A model generated the notes under the pieces. The model was given only the letters and a program-made list of their open reading frames with translations. It was not told where the DNA came from and searched no databases. A stretch of 64,000 nucleotides of DNA. It comes from Verrucomicrobiota bacterium (GTDB lineage: Bacteria > Verrucomicrobiota > Verrucomicrobiia > Limisphaerales > Palsa-1400). The stretch lies in the NCBI GenBank assembly GCA_049510745.1, contig JBEKYR010000019.1, positions 14,231-78,230 on the forward strand, given 5' to 3'. The position numbers and the translations under genes were made by a program. Each line of letters starts with the position of its first letter. Position 1 is the stretch's first letter. This document shows positions 29,733 through 39,913 of this stretch, piece by piece.

Positions 29733-31571
29733 ATGAAAACGTCTATGAAAACAACAAAAGCATTATTTGGAATTTTCGCCATTATGGCGGCTCTCGCGAT
29801 TCAGACCCAGGCCCAAACTTTTCTCACCAACGGTCTGGTGGCGTATTACCCTTTCAACGGGAATGCGAATGATGCGAGCGGCAATGGCAATAACCTTGCC
29901 AACCATGGCGCAACGCTATGCGCGGACCGATTCGGCAACCCAAATCAAGCATACAGTTTCAATGGGAGCAGTTATCTTGGGTCTTCAACTGTGCCGTTAA
30001 GCCAAATTGACAACTGGACTGTGGTTGCATGGATAAATCTGGCATCGCTCAATCAAGTGGAAGCGTATGTTGTCTGTATGGGTTATGATGATGGCGGTAG
30101 TGGCAATGGATATGCTTTGGGTGTCGCGGGAGGAAACCAGTTGGGCGCGTTTTTTGGCGGCGTAGGCGGTTTTCCCGGCGGATATGTGTTTCCCTCCACC
30201 AACCAATGGTATCAGGTTGTGATGTTGCGAAGTTCTGGATCAACAATGTTCTATGTAAATGGAGTTTTGACAACAAACGGCATTCTAAATACGCCGGGAA
30301 CGCCAACTTCCTTTGAAATCGGTTCAGCCACTGGCATTCGGTTTTTTAACGGAGCAATTGACGACGTTCGCATTTACAACCGTGCCCTCTCGGCTTCAGA
30401 AGTTCAGGAACTTTACCAATACGAGTCGGTGCTCAAATCTTATCAGGCCACTGCCACCGCAGAGGTAATCAACGGGTTTGTGACGGGTGTAACCATTACC
30501 TATCCCGGTTATGGCTACACGAACACGCCGACCGTGACAATCACCGGTGGTGGCGGCAGTGGGGCGCAGGCCGTGGCCGTGGTCAGCAACGGGTTCGTCG
30601 TGGCCATCGACGTTTTGGATGCGGGCGCCGGCTACACCAACACGCCACTAATCGTCATCGACCCGCCTTTGTATCCTTATCCAGCCACAGCCGCCGCCAA
30701 CGTTGTCAACGGGTTTGTGGTCGGCGCCACCATTCTCTATGGCGGTTCTCGCTACACGAACACGCCCACCGTGAAAATCATCGGTGGCGGCGGCAGTGGG
30801 GCGCAGGGCGTGGCCGTGGTCAGCAATGGGTGCGTCGTGGCCATCGACGTTTTGGATGCGGGTTCCGACTACACCAACACACCACTGGTCGTCATCGACC
30901 CGCCTTTTATTCCCAATCCAGTTTTGGGCGTCGTTGAACGCATGTCGTCCCTTGCGTTTTCCAACCTGACCCTTGGAGGTGTTTATCAATTGCAGCAGTT
31001 CGCCGGGGGGTATTATTGGACAAACCAGCCGGTCAACTTCACGGCTACAAACTCTGTCTATACGCAAGTGGTTTCTGGCACGATGGACAGCGGAGAATAC
31101 CGCCTGGTGCTCAGTCCAGTTCCGGCCCAGGCATTCGCTGTGCCGGAGGTGGTCAATGGCTTTGTCGTCGGCGCAACCGTGACGAGCGGCGGCTCCGGCT
31201 ATGTCACCAACCCGACGGTCAGCTTTGTTGGTGGCGGGGGCATCAATGCCGGGGCGGTTTCCCAAATCTCCGGTGGCGTGGTGACGAGCATCACCATCAC
31301 CAACGCAGGCATCGGTTACACCAACACGCCGATAGTTGAAATCGACCCGCCGCCCGCCATCGTCGTGTCACCCACCATCCAAATGGTGATGCGGATGGAT
31401 TCCGCCGATCTGGCTCCGTATGACAATTATCAGATTCAATTCACACCTGCCCTCGGCGGAGCTTGGCGGAATTGGGATGGCGGATTATTCAGCCCGACGG
31501 ACGTGACGAATTCACAATACCTTTTAGTCACGAATACGACAGCGTTTTTCCGCCTGCAATATGTGCCGTGA
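29733..31571 (+). CDS. Secreted LamG/concanavalin-A-like domain protein with G-x-G-Y-T-N-T-P repeats
   Basis: GLVAYYPFNGNANDASGNG, FNGAIDDVRIYNRALSASEV, repeated modules and a C-terminal AFFRL. Confidence 0.85.
   Translation: MKTSMKTTKALFGIFAIMAALAIQTQAQTFLTNGLVAYYPFNGNANDASGNGNNLANHGATLCADRFGNPNQAYSFNGSSYLGSSTVPLSQIDNWTVVAWINLASLNQVEAYVVCMGYDDGGSGNGYALGVAGGNQLGAFFGGVGGFPGGYVFPSTNQWYQVVMLRSSGSTMFYVNGVLTTNGILNTPGTPTSFEIGSATGIRFFNGAIDDVRIYNRALSASEVQELYQYESVLKSYQATATAEVINGFVTGVTITYPGYGYTNTPTVTITGGGGSGAQAVAVVSNGFVVAIDVLDAGAGYTNTPLIVIDPPLYPYPATAAANVVNGFVVGATILYGGSRYTNTPTVKIIGGGGSGAQGVAVVSNGCVVAIDVLDAGSDYTNTPLVVIDPPFIPNPVLGVVERMSSLAFSNLTLGGVYQLQQFAGGYYWTNQPVNFTATNSVYTQVVSGTMDSGEYRLVLSPVPAQAFAVPEVVNGFVVGATVTSGGSGYVTNPTVSFVGGGGINAGAVSQISGGVVTSITITNAGIGYTNTPIVEIDPPPAIVVSPTIQMVMRMDSADLAPYDNYQIQFTPALGGAWRNWDGGLFSPTDVTNSQYLLVTNTTAFFRLQYVP
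30440..30910 (+). repeat. Intragenic tandem duplication (~237-bp period) in the LamG gene
   Basis: Near-identical ggcggcagtggggcgcagg...gtggccatcgacgttttggatgcggg blocks at ~30552 and ~30789; boundaries approximate. Confidence 0.8.
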
Positions 31572-31597
31572 GCGGCACCGTTACGGGCGGGACGGCC

Positions 31598-32305
31598 TCA
31601 TTTGCCCTGCAGTTTCTTGAGTGCCTCCGCCGGAGCGTCGAGTTTGGTTGACCCAATGTCCTTGATCTCAAATGTGCGGGTCATATCAAAGTCCTGCTCT
31701 TCCTGGTCGGGGCCCATAGTGATCTTGCCCTGGAGGTGCGATTCGAACTTGGTCAGCACCCCATCCTTGACCCAATACTTGACGGAACCCTTGGCGTTTT
31801 TGGGGGGCGGCGGCCCATTGGTGCCTTGGCTTGGGCCAAACGTCAGCGAATCCTTGGCTCCCTGGTCGGTCAGGTCGGCGCTGAAGGCTCCGGCTTCGCC
31901 CGCTTTGAGTTCTTTCGCCTTCAGCCGCGTGCTTTCGGCTTCATCGGCGGCCGTGCCGTAACGGGTGATCCACCCGGCCATCATCATGGACATGCCATCG
32001 GATGCGTCGGGCACGCGCCATTCGCCCTCGATCTTGAGGGCGACTTTGTTGCCTTTGAACACGGCGTCCAGGGTGTTGTCGCCCATTTCCTGGGAAATCA
32101 CCGCATAGCCGTCTTTTTCGGTTCGCCCTTTGAGCGGCCCCGGCTCGAAGGGCGCGCCGGGCATCTTCAGGGTCATGGTCCAACTGTAATTGGTCGAGCT
32201 TTTGAGTTTGGCGATGGCGTCCTTGACGGCGTCGCCGGCGGAAGGATCAGCGGCCAGGACGGTTCCGGCGCTCAACGCCGCCACTAAGAAGAGGGCATTT
32301 TTCAT
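31598..32305 (-). CDS. Secreted hypothetical protein
   Basis: Signal peptide MKNALFLVAALSAGTVLA; the longer track start is unlikely. Confidence 0.7.
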   Translation of the reverse strand: MKNALFLVAALSAGTVLAADPSAGDAVKDAIAKLKSSTNYSWTMTLKMPGAPFEPGPLKGRTEKDGYAVISQEMGDNTLDAVFKGNKVALKIEGEWRVPDASDGMSMMMAGWITRYGTAADEAESTRLKAKELKAGEAGAFSADLTDQGAKDSLTFGPSQGTNGPPPPKNAKGSVKYWVKDGVLTKFESHLQGKITMGPDQEEQDFDMTRTFEIKDIGSTKLDAPAEALKKLQGK

Positions 32306-32510
32306 AAGTTTGATACGGTTGTTCATCGGGCAACAGATACCGCCGATGGTGTTTTGTTGCAAACTATTTTGAAAAATCTGTTTTGAATAATCATCGCGGG
32401 TGGGCCGGAGCCGGGATTTTTTCCGTTCCAGAAAACCGGGATGCGCCCCGGGTTCGCCGATCTGTTCCTCCCGGCTTGCCACAGCGGGAGAATGCGGTAA
32501 TCTTTCCGCG

Positions 32511-32885
32511 ATGAGCATGTTCAAAGTGAGCGTCGTCGCGCGCAACACCAAAGACGAAAGTTTGATCGCTCCGCCCGTCGAGGTGCCGGTGGACACCGGC
32601 TCCGAATTGACCTGGCTGCCCAAGGACCTGCTGTCTGGCATCAAGGTGTCGCCGGTGCGCAAACGCGGTTTTACCACCGCCACGAAACAACAGGTGACGC
32701 GCGAGACCGGCTACGCCATTGTCAGCGCCGAGGGTTTTGAAACGGTGGACGAAGTGGTTTTCGCGGAGTCGGGCGACATGACCCTGCTCGGCGTGAGAAC
32801 TTTGGAGGGCTTTGGCGTCATGGTGGACAACATCGCCCATCGGTTTGTTGCCACCACGACGATCGTAGCCGTTGCCGGCCAGTGA
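32511..32885 (+). CDS. Clan AA (retroviral-like) aspartic protease
   Basis: VDTGSELTWLP and LLGVRTLEG. Confidence 0.8.
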   Translation: MSMFKVSVVARNTKDESLIAPPVEVPVDTGSELTWLPKDLLSGIKVSPVRKRGFTTATKQQVTRETGYAIVSAEGFETVDEVVFAESGDMTLLGVRTLEGFGVMVDNIAHRFVATTTIVAVAGQ

Positions 32886-35740
32886 AACCCTGCCCCGCTT
32901 TGGCTGCCGCGTTTTTGGCGGCGGTGGCCGCCTCGGTAACCGCGGCTCCGGCCCAAAGTTCGCTGGAAGATTGCTGGAATAATCCCCCCGTCGAAGCGCG
33001 CCTCCGGGCTTATTGGTGGTGGCTCAACGGCAATGTGACCAGGGAATCCATCACCCATGATCTGGAGGAGATGAAGGCCAAGGGGTTCGGCGGCGCCGTC
33101 ATCTTTGACGCCAATGGCGCGAGCCAGGAAGGCAACGGCCCCGTGCCGCATGGCCCGACTTTTTTTACCCCGGACTGGCGCGAACTTTACAAGCATACCC
33201 TGCGCGAGGCCGATCGGCTTGGCCTGGAAATCAGCCTCAATATCCAAAGCGGCTGGAATCTTGGGGGTCCCATCGTCAAGCGCGAGGATGCCGCCAAGGA
33301 ATATGTCTGGTCCGAAACGAAGCTCACGGGCGGCGCGCGGATCGAGCAGCCTCTGCCTTCGCCCAGGGCGCGGCAACATTTTTACCGGGACACTTTTGTC
33401 GTCGCTTATTCCCTCAAGGCCGGCGCGATTGCGGCCAAGCCGTTGCAGAATTGGAAGCAGAAGGCGTTGCAGGCGCCGCTCCAGCCGTTTTCGACGCCGG
33501 ATTCGTCGCCGTTGTTTGCCGAAATCGCGGCCACGCCGGGCGAGGAAGACGCGCGCACGGTGGGTGTGGTTGATTTGACCGGAAAGCTCGGCGCCGATGG
33601 CGTGTTGCGCTGGGACGCGCCGCCGGGCCAATGGCAGGTCTTGCGTTTCGGCTACACGATAGGCGCCCATGCTGAGGTTTCGACTTCCAGCGAGGGGTGG
33701 AATGGCTACGCCCTCGATGTCTATGACGCGGGCGCGTTTGAGCGTTACTGGGAGGCGATTGTCGAGCCGCTCATTGCCGATGCCGGGCCGCTGGCGGGCC
33801 GCACTTTGAAGTATCTGCACACGGACAGTTGGGAAATCGAACTGGCCAACTGGACGCCGGCGTTGCGCGGGGAATTTCAGAAGCGGCGCGGTTATGACCT
33901 GGCGCCGTGGCTGCCGGCGCTGGCGGGGCGGATTGTCAACAGCCGCGATGAGAGCGACCGTTTCCTGGCCGATTACCGCAAGACGCTGGGCGACCTGGCC
34001 ATCGACAATCATTACCGTTTGTTCTGCGACAAGGCCCACCAGCACGGCCTGCTGATTCATCCCGAATCCGGCGGGCCGCACGCGGTGCCCATCGACGCGC
34101 AACGATGCCTGGGCTGGGACGACGCGCCGATGAGCGAATTCTGGGCGTGGTCGTGGGAGCACCGCATTGGCGACGAGAACCGCTTTTTCATCAAGCAACC
34201 GGCCAGCGCGGCGCACACTTACGGGCACAGGCTGGTCTTCGCCGAGGGATTCACCGACATCGGGCCGCACTGGCAGGAATCGATCTGGTCCAATCTCAAG
34301 CCGTCGTTTGACAAGGCGTTGTGCGAAGGTTTGAACGTGCTGGTGTGGCACGCCTTTGTTTGTTCGCCGGACGACACCGGCATCCCCGGCCAGCAGTATT
34401 TTGCCGGCACGCACCTCAATCCCAAGGTGACGTGGTGGGGGAAGTCGCAGGCCTTTTTCAGCTACATCAACCGCTGCCAGGCCCTGTTGCAACAGGGCCT
34501 GCCCTTCGCCGACGTGCTTTATTATTATGGCGACCACGTCCCGAATTTCGCCCAGTTGAAAAAATCCGATCCTGCGAAAATTCTGCCCGGCTACGACTAC
34601 GACGTGATCACCGAGGAGGCGCTGCTGACGCGCGCCGGCGCGCGCGACGGACAAATCGTCCTGCCCGACGGCATGAGCTACCGCATTCTGGCGCTGCCAA
34701 ACAGGAACTCGCTCTCGCTGCCGGTGCTGCGGAAGTTGAAGGAACTGGTGGCGGCGGGGGCCACGGTCATCGGCCCGCTGCCCGCCGAAGCCAGCGGACT
34801 GCAGAATTATCCAAAGAGCGATGAAACGTTGAAGGGGCTGGCGGGCGAGTTGTATGGCGGCAGCGGCATCATCACCAATCAAACCGCGCGGCAGGTCCTG
34901 CTGGCCAAGGGCCTGGCGCCGGATTTTGAATGGACGGCCAGCAGCGAGACCGGCGCGAAGCCGGAAATCGATTTCATCCATCGCACGGCCGCCGGGGCGG
35001 AGATTTATTTTGTGGCCAATCGTTCCAGCAACGCGGTGGCGCTGGACTGCTCCTTCCGCCTGCATGGCCTGGCGCCGGAATTGTGGGACGCAGTCAGCGG
35101 CGAACACCATTTCGCGGCGGCTTACGCCGAAAAGGCCGGACGCACGACGCTGCCGCTCCATTTGGATCCGTGCGGCTCGATGTTCGTCGTTTTCCGCCAA
35201 GCGGCGGCGCAGGCCCCGCCCGCGGCGTCCGGCAACTGGCCCGAACTGGCGGTGATGAGCGAGCTTTCCGGCCCGTGGACGGTCCACTTTGACGCGCATT
35301 GGGGCGGGCCGGAGTCGGCGCAATTTGACAAACTGGAGAGTTGGACGGCGCGCGCCGAACCCGGCATCAAGTATTATTCCGGCACGGCGGTTTATGTGAA
35401 AACTTTCAATCTGCCTGATTCAAAACTCAAAACTCAAAACTCAAAATTGTTTTTGGACTTGGGCGACGTGCGCGAACTGGCCGGGGTCAAAGTCAACGGC
35501 CGCTCCTGCGGCATCGTCTGGACGCCGCCGTTCCGGGTGGACATCACCGGCGCGGTCAAGCCGGGGGAGAACGCGCTGGAAATCGAGGCGGTGAACTTTT
35601 GGCCCAACCGGATCATTGGCGATCAATCCCTGCCGCCAAACGCGCGGTTCACCCGGACGAACATCCGGCGATTAAGGAAAACCACGCCCCTGATGGAGTC
35701 CGGCCTGCTCGGCCCCGTCCGGCTGCTCTCGGAAAAGTAG
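32882..35740 (+). CDS. Glycoside hydrolase family 106 (alpha-L-rhamnosidase-like)
   Basis: YWWWLNGNVT, SGWNLGGP, HTDSWE, PMSEFW, AEGFT, KYYSGTAVY, SGLLGPVRL. Confidence 0.88.
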   Translation: MKPCPALAAAFLAAVAASVTAAPAQSSLEDCWNNPPVEARLRAYWWWLNGNVTRESITHDLEEMKAKGFGGAVIFDANGASQEGNGPVPHGPTFFTPDWRELYKHTLREADRLGLEISLNIQSGWNLGGPIVKREDAAKEYVWSETKLTGGARIEQPLPSPRARQHFYRDTFVVAYSLKAGAIAAKPLQNWKQKALQAPLQPFSTPDSSPLFAEIAATPGEEDARTVGVVDLTGKLGADGVLRWDAPPGQWQVLRFGYTIGAHAEVSTSSEGWNGYALDVYDAGAFERYWEAIVEPLIADAGPLAGRTLKYLHTDSWEIELANWTPALRGEFQKRRGYDLAPWLPALAGRIVNSRDESDRFLADYRKTLGDLAIDNHYRLFCDKAHQHGLLIHPESGGPHAVPIDAQRCLGWDDAPMSEFWAWSWEHRIGDENRFFIKQPASAAHTYGHRLVFAEGFTDIGPHWQESIWSNLKPSFDKALCEGLNVLVWHAFVCSPDDTGIPGQQYFAGTHLNPKVTWWGKSQAFFSYINRCQALLQQGLPFADVLYYYGDHVPNFAQLKKSDPAKILPGYDYDVITEEALLTRAGARDGQIVLPDGMSYRILALPNRNSLSLPVLRKLKELVAAGATVIGPLPAEASGLQNYPKSDETLKGLAGELYGGSGIITNQTARQVLLAKGLAPDFEWTASSETGAKPEIDFIHRTAAGAEIYFVANRSSNAVALDCSFRLHGLAPELWDAVSGEHHFAAAYAEKAGRTTLPLHLDPCGSMFVVFRQAAAQAPPAASGNWPELAVMSELSGPWTVHFDAHWGGPESAQFDKLESWTARAEPGIKYYSGTAVYVKTFNLPDSKLKTQNSKLFLDLGDVRELAGVKVNGRSCGIVWTPPFRVDITGAVKPGENALEIEAVNFWPNRIIGDQSLPPNARFTRTNIRRLRKTTPLMESGLLGPVRLLSEK
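35420..35447 (+). repeat. Heptamer tandem repeat (TCAAAAC)x3 plus TCAAAAT inside the GH106 CDS
   Basis: Read directly; encodes SKLKTQNSK. Confidence 0.85.
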
Positions 35741-35911
35741 AAGGAGCGAAGCCGGCTTCACACCGGCGTCATTGAGAACTCGACCAATCTCACCAGTTGG
35801 AGCATCCTCGCGCCGCTGTCGGTGACAAATGTTTCCGACCCGGGCAATGCCTGGTTGCTCCAGGCGAATTCTCCGGCGCAGTCCGCACCGGAGTATTTTC
35901 GGATTCACTAG
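35741..35911 (+). pseudogene. Orphan fragment resembling a secreted-protein C-terminal domain
   Basis: Translates ...GVIENSTNLTSWSIL...APEYFRIH* with no ATG. Confidence 0.45.
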
Positions 35912-35955
35912 ATGTGGCCCGGCCTTTGAAATCCGGGATCAAGAAGCAGTCAAAT

Positions 35956-37431
35956 ATGAAAAACTCCGTTCGACGCAAAGTTGGCGCCGACCTGCACCGG
36001 AGCGTCACGCCCGCGGTGCGAGTCGGCCTTTTCGGTATTGGGCTGGACGCTTACTGGCCGCAGTTCCCCGGGTTAAAGCGGCGGCTGGAGAGCTATCTGG
36101 CCGTGGTGGAGAATCAATTAAAGCGGCCCGGCGTCAAGCTGATCAATCTCGGTCTGATCGATACGCCGGCCAAAGCCCTGGAGGCCGGGCACCGGTTCCG
36201 GCGGGAGGACGTGGATTTGATTTTCCTGCACGTGACCACTTACGCGCTTTCGGCCACAGTGCTGCCGGTGGTGCAACGGGCCAAAGTGCCCGTGATTGTT
36301 CTCAATTTGCAGCCGGCGGCGGCCATTGACTACGCCGCGTTCAACAAAATGGGCGACCGCGCGGCCATGACCGCCGAATGGCTGGCCCACTGCGCCGCCT
36401 GCCCCGTGCCGGAAATCGCCAACGTCTTCCAACGCTGCGGCATCCGTTTTCACCAGGTGACCGGAATGTTGCGCGACGACCCGGCCTGCTGGAACGAAAT
36501 CGCAAGCTGGATCGACGCCGCGCAGACGGCCCGCGTCATGGCCCACAATCGCCTGGGGGTGATGGGGCACTACTACGGCGGCATGCTCGATCTTTATTCC
36601 GACTTGACTCAGCAATGCGCCGTTTTTGGCGGGCACATCGAAATGATCGAGGTGGACGAATTGGCGGCCTTGCGGCGCAAGGTCAGCGGAAGCCAGATCG
36701 CGGCGCGGGTGGCGAAGTTTCACCGGCTGTTTGACGTTCAACCGGATTGTCCGGCCGAGGAATTGCGGCGGGCAGCCCGCACGTCGGTCGCATTGGATCG
36801 GCTGGTGCAGGCGCATGATCTGGGTTCCCTGGCCTACTACTACATGGGCGAGGGCAACGCGGAGAACGAGGATGCGATCAGCTCCATCATCCTCGGCAAC
36901 TCGCTCCTGACGGCGCGCGGCATCCCGGTGGCCGGCGAGTACGAAATCAAAAACGCGCAGGCGATGAAGATCATGGACAGCTTTGGCGCGGGCGGGTCCT
37001 TCACCGAATACTACGCCCTGGATTTCACCGACGACGTGGTTTTGATGGGGCACGACGGACCCGGCCACATCGCCATCGCCGAGGGCAAGACCAAAGTGCG
37101 CCCCCTGGGGATTTTCCATGGCAAAGTGGGCCGGGGACTGTCCGTGGAAATGTCGGTCAAACACGGGCCGGTCACGCTCCTTTCGGTGGTGCAAAGCGGG
37201 GATGGGCGGCTGAAACTCTTGTCCGCCCACGCCGAATCGGTGCCGGGTCCGATCCTGGAAATCGGCAACACCAACAGCCGTTATCGCTTTCCGCCGGGGG
37301 CGCGGGAATTTGTCAATCGCTGGAACTCGCACGGCCCGGCCCATCATTGCGCGGTGGGAGTCGGGCACATTGGGGACAAGATCGACAAACTCGCCTCGCT
37401 CCTGGGCATTGAATCGGTGCGCGTGTGTTGA
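35956..37431 (+). CDS. L-fucose/L-arabinose isomerase-family protein
   Basis: GLFGIGLDAYWPQF, AGEYEIKN, SFTEYY, MGHDGPGH, GNTNSRY, GPAHHCAVG. Confidence 0.88.
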   Translation: MKNSVRRKVGADLHRSVTPAVRVGLFGIGLDAYWPQFPGLKRRLESYLAVVENQLKRPGVKLINLGLIDTPAKALEAGHRFRREDVDLIFLHVTTYALSATVLPVVQRAKVPVIVLNLQPAAAIDYAAFNKMGDRAAMTAEWLAHCAACPVPEIANVFQRCGIRFHQVTGMLRDDPACWNEIASWIDAAQTARVMAHNRLGVMGHYYGGMLDLYSDLTQQCAVFGGHIEMIEVDELAALRRKVSGSQIAARVAKFHRLFDVQPDCPAEELRRAARTSVALDRLVQAHDLGSLAYYYMGEGNAENEDAISSIILGNSLLTARGIPVAGEYEIKNAQAMKIMDSFGAGGSFTEYYALDFTDDVVLMGHDGPGHIAIAEGKTKVRPLGIFHGKVGRGLSVEMSVKHGPVTLLSVVQSGDGRLKLLSAHAESVPGPILEIGNTNSRYRFPPGAREFVNRWNSHGPAHHCAVGVGHIGDKIDKLASLLGIESVRVC

Positions 37432-37542
37432 ATTAAAGTCCCGGCTGTGTTTCCTAAAGTTTTTCCGCCGCCCGTCCGATGCCAAAGCGGGACGGTGATG
37501 CTCTCGCGCCGTCCGGCATGACACGAAGCGGGGGTTTACCGA

Positions 37543-39168
37543 ATGAAGAAACAGATTTGTTTCGCCGGCTTTGCCGAGGCGGAAGTGGCCGCGTTGCAGC
37601 CTGCGCTCGCGGCGCTGGGGGGCGCGTGGGAGTGCGTGTTTTCACCCGACGCGGCCTCGGCGCTGGCGGCGCTGGCGGCGGCTCACTTCGACGCGGCGGT
37701 GGCCAACTTGAGCCAGGGCGGAATCAACGATGCGGAACTCCTGCAGCAGGCCGCCGTCCGGCATCCGCGCACGTTGCGGTTTGTGCTGGGAAACGTTGCG
37801 GATCGGGAACTCATTGTCAATTGCATGGGCGCCGCCCATCAGTTCATTTCCAGGCCCTGGAAGCCCGCGGAGCTGGTTTCCATCATTGAGCGCAGCCTGG
37901 CCCTGGATGCCTGGCTCTCCAACGACAAATTGCGTTCGTTTGTGCCGCGGCTGGGAAAGCTTCCCGGCCTGCCGGCCACCTACTTTGAGGTCCTCAAACG
38001 AGCCGAGTCCCCCCATTCCAGCGTCGAGAGCATCGCCGAAGTCATCGCCCGCGATCCGGCCCTGACGGCGCGGCTGCTGCAAATGGTCAACTCCCCCGCT
38101 TGCGGCTTGACCGAAATCATCACCAGTCCGGCCGAGGCGGTTTCCATGTTGGGATTGGAAACGGTCAAATCCCTTGTCCTCTGTTTGCAGTTGTTCGCCT
38201 ACTCCGCTCCGGCGCAGGGGGCGAGCCTTTCGCTGGACCAACTTTGGCGCCACAGTTTCCGCGTGGCCAAACTCGCCTCCAAGATCGTCCTGCGCTGCAT
38301 CGCCAGCGAGCGCATGGCCAGCGACGCCTACACGGCCGGTCTGCTCCACAACATCGGGCAAATCGTTCTGGCCACGAATCTTTCCCGCGAATACTCCGCC
38401 GTGGTCGAAGCCGCCCGCAACCGACAGTGCCCGTTGCAGGAAGCGGAATTGGAACAACTGGGCGTGACCAGCAATCAGGTCGGAGCCTATCTGCTGGGTT
38501 TGTGGGGCATGCCTCTGCCGCTGGTGGAAGCCACGGCCCTCCATCATGCCCCCGCTTCGGCACTGTCAATTGAATTCTCGATGGTCACCGTCGTCCATGT
38601 CGCCAATGTCCTGGCCCACGAGGAAAACGGGCGCGTCAACGGACTGCCCCTTCCGAAACTGGACGCCGATTACCTGGCCACGCTGGAATTGCCAAAAAAG
38701 ACCGACGCCTGGCGCAAACTCCTCGCCGCCGCCCCGCCGCTCAACGAGTCCGGTGGGGAGACTCGCGCCGCGCGCCGCGCGCCCGCAGCGGCGCCCGCGC
38801 AAAAAGAGGGCGCGCGCCCGGCCGGCAAGCTCCTCGTGGTTGCGGGGATCGCCGCGATCCTTGTGGCTGGCGTGGCGCTAAGGCGGAATGTCGTTCCCGT
38901 CCCGCAGCCAGCCGCTCCCGCGGTCGCGGCGGAACTTTCGGCATCGCCGGGAGGAACCGAACCGACCAAACCGTCCACGGACGCGTCACCGTTTAATTCG
39001 ATCACCGTCCAAAGTATTCTTTATAGTGCCGGGCACCCGGTCGCGCTGATCAACGGCCAGGCCCTCGATGTCGGAGAGCGCATCAACGGCGTGCAAGTCA
39101 TCTCGATAGAACCCTCCAACGTGGTCCTGGCCTGCAACGGCGAACAGAAAACGTTCAGGCTAAAGTGA
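37543..39168 (+). CDS. Receiver-like plus HDOD domain protein with a C-terminal TM and GspB/PilP-like domain
   Basis: LPGLP, DPALTARLLQMVNSP, LWRHS, GLLHNIG, LLGLWGMP; a TM segment followed by SILYS..PVALING..VGERING. Confidence 0.78.
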   Translation: MKKQICFAGFAEAEVAALQPALAALGGAWECVFSPDAASALAALAAAHFDAAVANLSQGGINDAELLQQAAVRHPRTLRFVLGNVADRELIVNCMGAAHQFISRPWKPAELVSIIERSLALDAWLSNDKLRSFVPRLGKLPGLPATYFEVLKRAESPHSSVESIAEVIARDPALTARLLQMVNSPACGLTEIITSPAEAVSMLGLETVKSLVLCLQLFAYSAPAQGASLSLDQLWRHSFRVAKLASKIVLRCIASERMASDAYTAGLLHNIGQIVLATNLSREYSAVVEAARNRQCPLQEAELEQLGVTSNQVGAYLLGLWGMPLPLVEATALHHAPASALSIEFSMVTVVHVANVLAHEENGRVNGLPLPKLDADYLATLELPKKTDAWRKLLAAAPPLNESGGETRAARRAPAAAPAQKEGARPAGKLLVVAGIAAILVAGVALRRNVVPVPQPAAPAVAAELSASPGGTEPTKPSTDASPFNSITVQSILYSAGHPVALINGQALDVGERINGVQVISIEPSNVVLACNGEQKTFRLK

Positions 39169-39414
39169 TTTAGCCACCTTGGGCGCAATGAACACATAGA
39201 CAAGCAGTTGCAGAATTTGTGGGCCAGCAAATTGTCTGATCTTTCGGCACGATCATCCCTGTCGGTTAATTCTTCGGTAGGGCGGAGTTGCTGCTCGGGA
39301 GCACGACAAAAAACTTCGCTTGGCCGAATTCATTGGGGATTTGGCAGAATAGTGTATGCGGTCCAAATATACTCCCCCTTGGACGGCCAACCTAATAGAG
39401 GAAACCAGCCTTTT

Positions 39415-39780
39415 CGCGCAGAGGCGCAGAGCGCGCAGAGAAAAACTGTTTTCTTACTCCCTCTCTGCGCCCTTTGCAGTGCTATGTCGGGGAGTTTTGC
39501 TTTTTTAACAAAATTTTCCGACAGGATGAACAAGATGAACAGGATGAAGATGGAAATTCTCTTTTCTGAATCTGTTCTCAATCCTGTTCATCCTGTTCAT
39601 CCTGTCCGTCTTTTTTTGGTTGCGGCTGCCGCGCTGGGCCTCTGTGCGAGTATTCCCACTCGGAGCGTTGTCACGCACCGGGGACGCTTCATTCCCTGGT
39701 CGGCACAACACGAAGAAATTTGTCCTGCTGTTGCGCCCATTCTCTCTTTCTTTGCGCTCCTTGATCTTTGCGGTAATCCT
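39415..39780. repeat. Cluster of REP-like palindromes built from ~9-nt units
   Basis: cgcagaggcgcagagcgcgcagag / ctctctgcgccctttgc, and gacaggatgaacaagatgaacaggat / atcctgttcatcctgttcatcctgtc. Confidence 0.8.
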
Positions 39781-39913
39781 CACTTGCCTCCGAGTTCAAT
39801 TTCGTGACCCAAGCAATGGCCAGCCGGGCAGCAAAACATGCCGAGCTGGACAAGGTGCTCGTCGGTAAGGCACTTTCCAAATGGATCAAAACTCAAACCA
39901 CGAATATAAATAA

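Noticed and set aside
39208-39889. ORFs across the repeat cluster, and a CRISPR interpretation
   Set aside because: The translations are repeat artefacts (RMNKMNRM, HPVHPV), there is no repeat-spacer periodicity, and no cas genes are present.
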